Positions 40,601 to 52,400 of a stretch of 64,000 bases of DNA are shown here, in pieces. The translations under genes and the position numbers were made by a program. The notes beneath the pieces are model-generated. The model was given only the letters and a program-made list of their open reading frames with translations. It did not search any database and was not told the origin of the DNA. Source of the DNA: Podarcis bocagei (taxonomy: Eukaryota); assembly GCA_964188305.1 (NCBI GenBank), contig OZ076888.1; one strand, given 5' to 3'. Position 1 is the stretch's first letter, and every line of letters starts with the position of its first letter.

Positions 40601-43085
40601 AGCAGTAGCACAATCTTCTCACACTCTCATTGCAGGGAGGGACGTTCCAACGCTCCCGCGAAAGGAGATTATCAACGGATTGGTGATGTCTTACTGAAAA
40701 ATATGCATATGCTAAAGGTAGAAAAATAACTCCCAAGAATCTGTGTGTTCCTTCATGTTCAGTGGGCTGATTAATATATAACATTAAATCATTGTTTAGC
40801 GATGTGTACTCAAGGAAGGAGCCCAGGCGAAATTCTTGCATGCGCCTTCTAGCCTGCTGCTCCTGCATGACTGGACTGAGTTCTTCAGCAGTCTTGACTT
40901 CCATTTTCATAGAATCCTGATTTGTTACCTATGAGCCAGATATTGTGGTTTAAAACAAATTCCAGTCTGTTTCAAAACAAGCTGCTTTCAAATTCTGGGT
41001 CATGAAAGTGTCTTGTTTGGGTAACAGAGTTTGCTTTAAACCACAAGATTTGGTTTGTGTGCAATGACAGCCCATTATTATGTGAAACTGAAAGTAAATG
41101 CTGCCAGAGCCTGTACTCATGGCCACATCTTTTGTGATCCTACAGGAATATACCACCTACCTGAAGAAACATGATGAAGTCCTGTCGGAGTTAGAGAAAG
41201 CAACTAAGCGCATAAAGAAACTGGAAATGGTTTATAAGGAGTTCGAACTCCAGAAGGTTTGTTACTTGCCACTCAACACTTTCCTGCTGAAACCCATCCA
41301 GAGGTTAATGCACTACAAGCTGATCCTGGGGAGACTTTGCAAACACTACGTGCCAGATCATCGGGACTACACTGACTGCAGGAGTGAGTGAAAGATCAGA
41401 CAAATATCTGCAATGCCAATACTCGACACATTCTGTATTCTCATTTTATGTTGCTGATTGACAGAAATTTGGTTGTCTTGGTAGAAACAGTACAGTCGTA
41501 GCTTGGATCCTGAATGCTTTGCGAGTCAAATGTTTTGGCTCCCAAATGCCACATACCTGGAAGTGAGTGTTCCCAGTTTGTGAACGTTCTTTGGAACCCA
41601 AACGTCGGATGTGACTTCTGCGGGTTCTGATTGGCTGCAAGAGCTTCTTGCAGCCAATTGGAAGCTGCACCTTGGTATCCGAATGTTTTGGATGTTGAAT
41701 GGACTTCCGAAATGGATTCCATACGACTTCCGAGGTACCACTGTATTGCTACAAAACGAGTTCATCTGGTTTCAGTTATTTTTAACCTCTAGCCTATGTC
41801 AACCTTTTCCAGGCATATATGACAGCAGGTGAAGTCAAGTTCAAGCCATGACTTGAAACTTCTTTTGCATCCTAGCTTCAATTTAGGCTGTGGGTGTATA
41901 GGAAGTACAGTGGTACCTCACATTACAGACGCTTCAGCTTACAGACTCCGCTAACCCAGAAATAGTACCTCAGGTTAAGAACTTTGCTTCAGGATGAGAA
42001 TAGAAATCGTGCGGCGGCAGCGGGAGGCCCCATTAGCTAAAGTGGTACCTCAGGTTAAGAACAGTTTCAGGTTAAGAACGGACCTCCAGAACGAATTAAG
42101 TTCTTAACCCGAGGTACCACTGTATTGGGACCAAACACTTTCCTTTTGAAGTTAAATCACTTAATTTTGTTTGTGTGTGTGTTTAATAAGTATCCTGTCC
42201 TACATCCCCAAGGACCTGGGTTGGCAAATGTCATGGTGATGCCCAGTGATTGACTGGTGGGCATCCCTACCCACCTGTTGGGTGGGTAGTGTGGTGTAGT
42301 GGTTAAGAGCGGTAGTCTCGTAATCTGGGGAACCGGGTTCGCGTCTCCACTCCTCCACATGCAGCTGCTGGGTGACCTTGAGCCAGTCACACTTCTTTGA
42401 GGTCTCTCAGCCCCACTCACCTCACAGAGTGTTTGTTGTGGGGGAGGAAGGGAAAGGAGAATGTTAGCCGCTTTGAGACTCCTTAAAGGGAGTGAAAGGC
42501 GGGATATCAAATCCAAACTCTTCTTCTTCTGGGGAGACTACCTATTATTTTGTTCTACTTTCTGTGAATAGTGTGACACTGAGCCAAGAACTGAGTCACA
42601 CCATCATCTTACTTGCACTTAGTCATGTGAACTGTCTCCATTGGAAAATACTGAGTCATGTGAATGCTGTGACTATTGCAGTAGTTAAGTTGTGAACATA
42701 AAAGTACAAACTCATCCTTATTGGCTTTGCATCATACATCTCCATTTAAAATACAAGTGAGAAGAGTATCTGCCATAGTTCTTATAGGTGGGGCTGTGTG
42801 CATTCTGCAGATATAATATACAGGGCAAAATTGGATATCATGGATAATGTGTGACATTCGACCAGCTCATTGCTGTCAAACATAAATGTGGCATTCATAT
42901 GTGTGAATGACACATATTCTGCCTCCTAGGAATTATTGTGAAATTGAGTACTATAGCAATTAAGAATAATGGAACAGTCTCAGCCTTAACCTTTGAAGAG
43001 TTGTTCTAGTGAAAGTTGTAAGCAAATAAATCTGCACAAAAAGCCCAGTACATGAGTAAAACTGCCCACCATGAGGATCTCTGTA

Positions 43086-43145
<60 letters not shown>

Positions 43146-46100
43146 TAATAATCATAGAATCATAGAGTTGGAAGAGACCACAAGGGCCATCGAGTCCAAC
43201 CCCCTGCCAAGCAGGAAACACCATCAGAGCACTCCTGACATATGGTTGTCAAGCCTCTGCTTAAAGACCTCCAAAGAAGGAGACTCCACCACACTCCTTG
43301 GCAGCAAATTCCACTGTCGAACAGCTCTTACTGTCAGGAAGTTCTTCCTAATGTTTAGGTGTGATTTAATTACACCTTATTTTAATAAAAATAATAAATT
43401 AAAAATAATAAAAATAATAAATTAAAGACAGCTGAGAAATGTGGGTTACAGTCTCAGAAGCCAAAATAGAGTTATTACACATATCTCCGTTACTGTCCCT
43501 GGGCTTATATACTGTGCTTGCTTCCAAAATCTCTGTCTTCCATTCCTTACTTTTCCACCATCTTCTGCAAAATAGATTACTGCATTTTGAACACCTGTTT
43601 CTTGGATGTAAGGTATAATAATTATGAAAGTGCAACCATGTTTGATTTTGCAGAGTTTATTTTGAGCACAAAATTAGGTAAAATGGAGTCTAAGTGGCTC
43701 TTTATGGTTCTCACTGGGGAAGAATGTAAGTGGAGCCCTGCAAGATCAGATCAGAGGCCTATCTAGTCTAGCCTTCTTTCCCACAATGACCAACCTATAT
43801 AGAGCCCATGAGAGGAATTGAGTGCAGTAGAACTTTCCCTCTCTTGTTCCTCAGAAACTGGCATTCAGCAGCATACAGCCTCTGATACTGCAGGAAATAC
43901 TGCCATTGTGACTAGTAGCTGTCTAATTAAAATGGCATGGTCGTGTATGTTTAGGCTAGTCTGTCCACTTACCAATCATTTGGAGATTTCTGTGATTGCA
44001 TCTTCTCTTAAATAAGTACATGTAACGTTCCATTTTTTCCTTTTGGAAAAAAGCAATGTTCATACACTACTTCAGTTTGGCCTGTACTTTTGTCCGTGCT
44101 TCTCTGATTGCTTGGTTTGGACTAGACCTTTTCTTTTGTAATTCCCTTCTGCAGGTGCACTGAAAGAAATAACAGAAATTACATCACAGCTTCAAAACAG
44201 TCTCATCCGTTTGGAGAATTTCCAGAAGCTAACAGAGTTACAGCACGACCTGCTTGGCATTGATAACCTTGTAGCAGCTGGCAGAGTAGGTAGTTCTTTC
44301 CATATTTTAAGACCCGTGTACTTCAATTGTTTCTGACCTTTCTTCTTGCTTTCTTCCTTTATGGGATGATGGCTTTAGAGGTTTTACTGGTTTATTTCAG
44401 AACTAGGGAAATCCAGTATGTTATTTCCAAAAAATATATCTCAATATTGAAACTCTCATGAATAACCATTCAAAAATTGTATTTGCATGTACTTACCGAG
44501 ATGTTTTAAAGGTTGGCAAAACAATGTGAGAAGAGGCTCCTTTGAAGGGCCTTCATTTCAGGGATCATAGGCATTGTTTCAGTTTTCCAGTCCTTCAATT
44601 ACCGTATTTTTCGCCCTATAGGACGCACTTTTTCCCCTCCAAAAATGAAGGGGAAATGTGTGTGCGTCCTATGGGGCGAATGCAGGCTTTCGCTGAAGCC
44701 TGGAGAGCGAGAGGGGTCGCTGCGCACCAATCCCTCTGGCTCTCCAGGCTTCAGGAAGCTCTGCGCAACCCTCGGGAGACCGGCTCCGAGGGTTGCGCAG
44801 AGCTGCCTGCAGTCCCGGGATCAGCGCAGCTCTGCGCGGCCACCGAGAGCGGGACACAAAGTCCCGCCCAGCTCCGGATGGCCGCGCAGAGCTGCCTGCA
44901 GTCCCCGGCTCAGCGCAGCTCTGCGCGGCCACCGGGAGCCGGACGAAAAGTCCCGCCCCGCTCCCGATGGCCGCGCAGAGCTGCCTGCAGTCCCGGGATC
45001 AGCGCACTTCTTCCCATAGCCAGCCCCACAAGCTTGGGGGACAGCGGGGAGGCAGAGCACGCCTTCCCGCTGTTCCCCGACCTGGTTCTTCCAGCCCCGC
45101 ACCTGGGGGGGAAATTAAAAAAAAATTCTTTATTTCCCCCCCAAAAAACTAGGTGCGTCTTATGGGCCGGAGCATCCTATGGGGCGCAAAATACGGTAAT
45201 TTCTGATCCACAGAGGTAACAGGGACCAGCACAAGTATGATGCATGCATGGGTGTGCAGGCTCTCTTCATGTATTCATTCATCATGGACAAATCCTAGGG
45301 AAAATAGTACTTGCCCCTTAGACATTTTGAGGACTCTTAGTTGTGTACCACAGCACTATAAAGAGCTTTGGAAACTGGACAAACATCCTCCCACTTACGC
45401 ATGTTCCACTCACGTGCGATTGCATATATGTGCAGTGCCAAAAAATAGATAAATAGACTCATATAAATGAATATAAATAAATATAAATAGACTCAAATGG
45501 CGGGAGTCAGCTGGAGAGTTTTTGACGCTTGTAAAGAAACCCTCCCCGGAGCCCAAAGAGGACATCAGATAGCACAGAGGAAACCCTGGGGAGACTGGAG
45601 GCACAGCAGGGCTTTGTGTAGGCTGCTCAGCCTCTACGCCAAATGGCTGATACCTGGGGTAGCGCAGCAGCAGCCACATTCCAGTGCATCCTCCTACCTC
45701 CTGCCAGCCCCAGAGCTTAAACTCACGTTGAAGAGAGAATTGTATGGAGAGAGAGTGAGAGTGAGTGCTGGAGAATTGGGGTGGGGGGAGATTTAGAGGC
45801 TTTGGGGTGGGGAGAGATTTAGAGGCTTTTTAGAAGGTACTCTCCACTTTACGCAATTTCACTTATGCGCACAGGGGCCTGGAACATAACCCCTGCATAA
45901 GTTGGGGGATGCTTACATTTTATAAATGGAAGAGGTGGTCACATAATTTGTGGTGAGCCTGGTCATTCTTAGTTTTAATAGAACACTAACTGAGTGGCCA
46001 AGTTGTAATAGCCTAGCTGTTTTAAATAAGCTTGCTCTGGTGGCCTAAATGGCTTTTGTAGCTTAGTGGCACACTTCCAGCAGAGAACTGGAAGTGGTGC

Positions 46101-46422
46101 TGCTGGTGATGAGGGAAATAATCAGAGCAGAGGTGACGAACCCACAGCCCAGATCTGGCCAGCCAATCCATGGGAAGTGGCCAGATTTATATCCTGGTGT
46201 GGTCAGGAGGCAAAGCAAGTCTCTGCTGCAATCTTAGTGCTAAGCACCACCACACCAAGAATAAAGACAAAGCCTTTGCCTGCTCGTTGTTCTTTAAGAG
46301 TAAATGGCAGCATTACCATGCATGCATGCACATGTGCATACACACACGCACACACACACTGAAGTGGGGAGAAATGCTGTGTTTTTCTTTGCACAAACCA
46401 ATCTATGCAAAGTAACAGGCAG

Positions 46423-46465
<43 letters not shown>

Positions 46466-49400
46466 TATGTGTGAGAGAGGGGGAAGAGTATGGTGTGTGC
46501 CTGTATGTCTGGCATTGTGCTTACTGTATGTGTCCTGAGTGGGATCTGTATGTTTAGTACATGTATATACATTGGCCATGTCCACCACTGGCATGTAGGC
46601 TTTGGAGAGGTGGGTGACTGTAAGAGAGTCCTCGGGCCAAAAACAGCCCCACCCCTGAAGTAGAGAGTGCTGCATTTCACAGAAGAGCCATCAAATGTAC
46701 TAAAGTTTTGTGTATTTTTCCCCACAGGAATTTATCCGGGAAGGCTGCTTATACAAGCTTACCAAAAAGGGTTTACAGCAAAGGATGTTCTTTCTGGTGA
46801 GCTGATGCTTTTGATCAAAATTTCAACTCGTAATGAGGTTTCTGGAGCCCATTCCCCTGTAGTAGTTTGATTGGGATTGGTCAAGACTTAAGTTTCCTGT
46901 ACATATTCTGAGCAGTACGGCCTTGTTATTTGAGCCTCGGTTGTTTCACAGCCAAAATATAAAGAAGCCTTTGTATACAGCATGGAACTTTTCAGGAAAT
47001 GTGAGGCAGTTGCATAGGTGGGTTCCCAAACCCTGACTTTATCCAAGCTCAGATTCTTTGCCTCCTCATGGGGCTGGATCCTCAAGAGATAGATAGCAGA
47101 ATGGCCCTTGATCAGTAACTGCTTGTCATGATGGAACAGTTGTGGACCCTCCTTCCTTGGAGATTTTAAAGCAGAGGTTGGATGGCCATCTGTCATGGGT
47201 GCTTTAGCTGAGATTCCTGCATTGCAGGGGGTTGGACTAGATGACCCTCAGAGTCCCTTCCAACTCCAAGATTCTTTTGAGTCTATGATGGCTGTGTACT
47301 TCATCCAGTATTGAAAGCAGAATGCCTCTGAATGCCAGTTGTTGGGTAACACAAGTGGGGGAGCGTTACTGTGCTCATCTACTGCATGTGGGCTCCCCAT
47401 GAGTATCTAGTTGGCCTCTAAGAACAGTTTGCGGGATGAGATACATCTTCGATCTGATCCAGCAGGGTGGTTCTCATATTCTCAGTTTGCCCTGTGGGCA
47501 GCTAATTTGTATGTGCTGTATGTGCTTGTTCCTCATCAGATTTTGATGATGTCAGGATCCGTTCCTTAAAAGGGCTCCCAAAAGGAAAGAAAGTGGCTTC
47601 TGTTAGTTGGGCAGTCTCTTTGCTTGATCCTAATTCTGCACAGAAAAACTACAGGGTTTTTTCCCTTGGTGTTGAAGGACTCTTTGTAATCATGTATGAA
47701 CTGAAAACCGGTTGGTAATAATTTGTGCCCTATAATTACAATGAGAAACTGTAAGCATAGTGTAATGCAGATATCTCGAGTGGATAAAAGTTAAATACTT
47801 TTATAGAGAAATATAACAGACAGTGATAGTTGGTTTTGTTACTGTTATGCTTTACTGTGAATCACTTGGAGCACAATTTAAAGAGAAAACTTAAATTGGC
47901 TTGCAAATTTATTTGGTTTGCAAATAAAGCTACAAAGGGGTTTATCCAATGGTTGTATGTGTGGAGGGCAGCTTGCCAACAAATTTCGCTATTTTTCTCT
48001 TCCCTCTCTGTGGCCTCTGCAAAGGTTTGGGGAGCCCTCTGAACAGTGTGAGCTGTATTGTTTGGTACCGCAATAGGAGGGATAAATTGTGTATGGTTTG
48101 TCTGCCTGATTCCAGGCAATTTCAAATTCCTACTGCAGCCCCAAACAACACAGCCTCACTGTTCCAGAGGAACCCCCAATTCAATGGAGAGGATTTTCAG
48201 AGGAGCTCAGGGGCTCTAGAGCAGGAGAAGAGAAAAAGACAATAGTTGCTTGAGCTGCTTTCTACTTATGCACTCTTTGGGTGTAACCCAAGGATTGTGA
48301 CAAAAGATAGAATTGCCTTTTTCCCTAGTACCTAAATGATTTTGTAAACTTTTCCATGCCTCAGTTTTCAGATATGTTGCTCTACACCAGCAAAGGAGTC
48401 ACGGGTACCAATCAATTCAAAATTCACGGCCATCTCCCTCTGCATGGGATGCTGGTGAGTGATACATCACACAGCAATCAAACATCAAAATAATAAAATG
48501 TGTTTCATGTTAACCTGGGCTTCCTCTTTATACTGAACTTTTAAGGGACTCTTGCGAAATGTTAACAGTTCTGGTTACTGTAGTTTTCTCCAGTCATTAG
48601 TAGACACAGATTTTTGGGTTAGATTTAAGTAGTCAAAAGAACAAGCACTGCCAGTTTTTTGGCATTGGAGTAGCTGGGAAGACGAGACAACTCTTGATTG
48701 TGCTTTTGCTATTTTCAAGGCTAGCTGGATGTCCTAATTGGTGTTGCTTCCACACCAAAATGCAACATTCCCTTCCACTCCTTAATGGAACTTTTTTTAT
48801 GTGTCTGTGTTTGATTTTCAGCTGATAGTCCTCGATCCTCCGGTGAGTAATATGACAGTGACTACTATGCTTAGCAGCTGCTGAAGTGACAATGCAATTG
48901 TAGCTGATAGTTTTCCCATTAGAAACAAAATAGAAACAAAATACTTTTAATGTAGCTAGTTGCTGTTGTCAGACCATTTCTTTTAGTTCCTAGTGTAGAT
49001 GTGTGTGTTGTTGCTCACTGAGTGATGAATAAATTTCCTTTATTGTAGGTGGAAGAGAGCGAAAACGAATGGTCTGTCCCTCATTGCTTTACCATTTATT
49101 CAGCTCAAAAAACCATAGTAGTAGCAGCAAGGTAAGCATTTTCTCAGTGGTCAGTTGTGAAAAGGTAGGAGTGTTAAAGCACTGGTAAAATAGGCGTCTT
49201 TCAGTGTGTGTATATGCTACTATACCCCAGGCTACGCAATGTGGGAGACCACACACTCCCTGAGTCATTATGCAGTCATCTGTTGAGGCAAAACCTGATT
49301 TCCCCATGGGGTAGTGCTCCAAGCTTACATTAAAGTGCAATAATATGTTGCTTCCTCTCATCTTTATGAGACTTCAGATTTCAGGAGGAATAGAAAAAGA

Positions 49401-52400
49401 TCCCGAACTGTGTTGTGGTTTTATCAAACCTGAATTTGTGTGGAATTTAAAATTGTTGAGGCAAGCTTCTGCAGTTGCCAGAATGGTAACATTGACTGCA
49501 AATTTTGTTATTTCAGTGGGAATTTATGGAAACATGAAATTGCTCTAAGTATGGGTCAAGCAGTGCTTTTCTTGAACCATAAATCACAAACAGCAGCTGA
49601 GCTCTGAAAACGTGCTTAGCTATCATTCCTGTCTCTATTTTTCAGCACTCGTCTGGAAATGGGGAAGTGGATGGAAGATCTAAATATGGCAATTGAAATG
49701 GCCAAGAAATTCACTGAGAAATCAGAGATGTTTCTAGAAAACTCAGTGTGCAATCGTTCTAACAGTGAGTAGCTTTCGTGCCACTTGTGATTAGTGATTC
49801 TTGGCTAGTTGTGCACACTTCAGGCTTCTGAGATGGAAATGGTATAGATTACGCAGCCTTCAGTCTTTTTCACGAAGTAACATTCCATACCCTCTCTGAT
49901 GCTCCAGATATTTCAGGCTTGGTAAATAAGAACTTCCAGCTGTTAAAGCAATAATAATGAAGTTTATAGTGTGTAATCCTTCCTTACCACCCTCTTACAT
50001 AGGAAAGTATTCATCCTTTTAAACCACAGTTCACTTACCAATCTGTGGAAGTCATTGAAATAATATCCTGTGTACTCCTGAATGTCTCATCATCTATGGA
50101 TCCTCCCCCACCACTGGGCCACTGAAGCACACTGTGGCATTCCTCAGGTGGAAATTATATATTTCTGCTACAAATCAAACCCTTCTAGCTTCTGAGCAAA
50201 CTTTTCAATATTTTCCCTATGTAACAGAGTGGGACTTTTTCCTATGCAATAACTTTGAGGTGTCCTATCCTTCAAATGATCGATTATGAAGGTTGTGGGT
50301 GTCAGAAGGAGAGTAACCCATGCATGCCAATTCCTTTTGTGAGGGGATGATGCTATTATACGTCAGCAATCCTTGCCGCTATCACCACCCCTGTGGCCAC
50401 AGCCTGTTAAATGTTTGCTCCCTTCTCCCCCCTCAGGATCCTCAGATGAGGTATCTCTAGAACAGGAGTCCGAAGAGGACATACATTCTTCTCGTAGCTC
50501 CCTGGACAGGCAGAGCCACCACCGTGCCAATACTACCATGCATGTGTGCTGGTACCGCAACACCAGTGTCTCCATGACAGATCACAGTGTGGCCGTCGAG
50601 GTACCCAGCAGCAGAGCACATATCACTATCACTTTCACTTACCACTCTGTCTGTCTTGGTTGCTGGTTTCTCTGCACTGTATACATGTGTGCGGTTTTAA
50701 CACCCCCATTTCCTTCAATAACGTCAGTGGTCTTGTGTGAGAGAGCAAATGAATGAGTAACCACAAGACGTCTGAAGATGTTCTTTGTATGTGTGACTGC
50801 ATGTTTCCATCATGTTCTCAACAAGGGTGTGCTTTGGAGAAGAAAAAAGATTAAAAGGGGGGGCCTTCCTTGATATATCAACAGCTGCCATTCACACTAA
50901 AAAGCCAATGAAATAAATCGGCTTTGGGGTTATGAAACCAAAAGTTTGAGATCTTGCCCACTGAGAACCCTGTTTTAGGTAAATTTGTTAAATCTTTGAT
51001 TTCTCCCCAAAGCACCGTGGCCCCTTGCACTGCTGATCTTAGGACTTACAAATAATGAACTTCATAACATTTTTTTTCTTTTTTCATACTATTTCTTTTA
51101 ACAGACCTTTTCGTGTACTGCCCTTTCTTGTTCTAAATCACCTTTTTCTCTCTTTTTCTCTTTGCCCTGCACCCTCTCTGCTCAGTTTTCTGCTCTCTTG
51201 CTGTTTCTCCAGAGCTTCCTCCTCGCTATTTGCTGGGCCAGACTCAGCGGCCCAACACAATCACCCATGTTTGCTGGTACCGGAACCAGAGCCTATCCCT
51301 GTCTGATTATTTGTGTATGATTCAGGTAAAGCTGCTTCACTCACTCTCAGTATTGATAGGATCTATGAAGACGGTCATTTTCTACTTGTACCATCTCGTT
51401 ATAGCTCTCTTAAACACTGTTCTAATGTGCAGAAACAAGGATCTAAAATATTGGAATGAATGGTAAGACATCCTTTAAGTCTCTTGCAGAAATCAGCCAA
51501 ATTAATCCCTTTATTAAGAAGAACCCTGGATACAGATGCCATTGTTTTGATGCATTTCATTTATCCTGTAGATTAGATAACAGCAAGATAGGTTCCTTCT
51601 CCCTCCTGTGGGGCTTACTCTTCACTTTACCAGCATGTTAACTTAAAAGTGGCATTGCTGCCATGTGCTCTGCAGGGCTTTTTACTGTGTGCTTTCCCTC
51701 AACATTTTCTGTCTTCTAGTTGTATTGTCTCCTTAACTAAGAATGCAAGCTCTGTGTGTTGCTTACTGGTTCTTAGCATGTTGTAGACAACAAAAAGCGG
51801 GACTTAAAGTCGCACAGTTAACACAGCACGGACATGAATCAGTTGCATCCATAATTGTTCTACCCTTTCAGAGGAGGAAATGCAGTACGCAGAGTTATCA
51901 CTGTGAAAAAGGGGTGTGTGCACAAATGGACATTACATTAGTAGCTGGCATACCTGAGAGAAGACACCTTGGTGCAGGATGCCCTTCAGAAGTTGCTAGA
52001 CACCAACTCCCCTCAGCCGCAGCCACTTTGACCAATGGTGAGGGGTGATGGGAGTTGTAGTCCAACATCATCTGGAGGGCACATTGGGTTCACCTGCCTT
52101 AGAGCCTTTTTGGTATGATCAGGAAAAGCCTGACTCAAACAACCTTTAGTGGAAACAGTGAAATATCCTATCTGGACTGAGTGGATCTGAATGGGGAGTA
52201 GGTAGCTCTGCCATAGAGCAGGAGTTCCTAAACTGCCGTCTGTGGACTACCTGTGGTCCATGAGGTTTTTGCAGGTGTTCCACAGCATGGCTATATTAAA
52301 CAGACATTCTATGGAATGCAAATTGTAATACAATAAACTAGAATATAAGAAATAAAAGCAAGAAAAATGCAATTAAAAACCATACAGCATCTGGCACGGC

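Noticed and set aside
42290-42350. tRNA gene
   Set aside because: The A/B boxes belong to a SINE head that continues into a SINE body and tail; no cloverleaf.
44795-45007. Repeat-spacer-like pattern resembling CRISPR
   Set aside because: Vertebrate DNA, the 'spacers' are similar to each other, and there are no cas genes; it is a tandem repeat.
44542-45219. 225-aa ORF and overlapping ORFs on both strands
   Set aside because: They lie within a GC-rich MITE repeat array; open frames follow from base composition and there are no transposase motifs.
51213-51214. GAG acceptor that would let 24b (111 nt) follow 24a in frame
   Set aside because: GAG acceptors are rare and the CAG 2 nt upstream should dominate; exclusive use fits the phases better.
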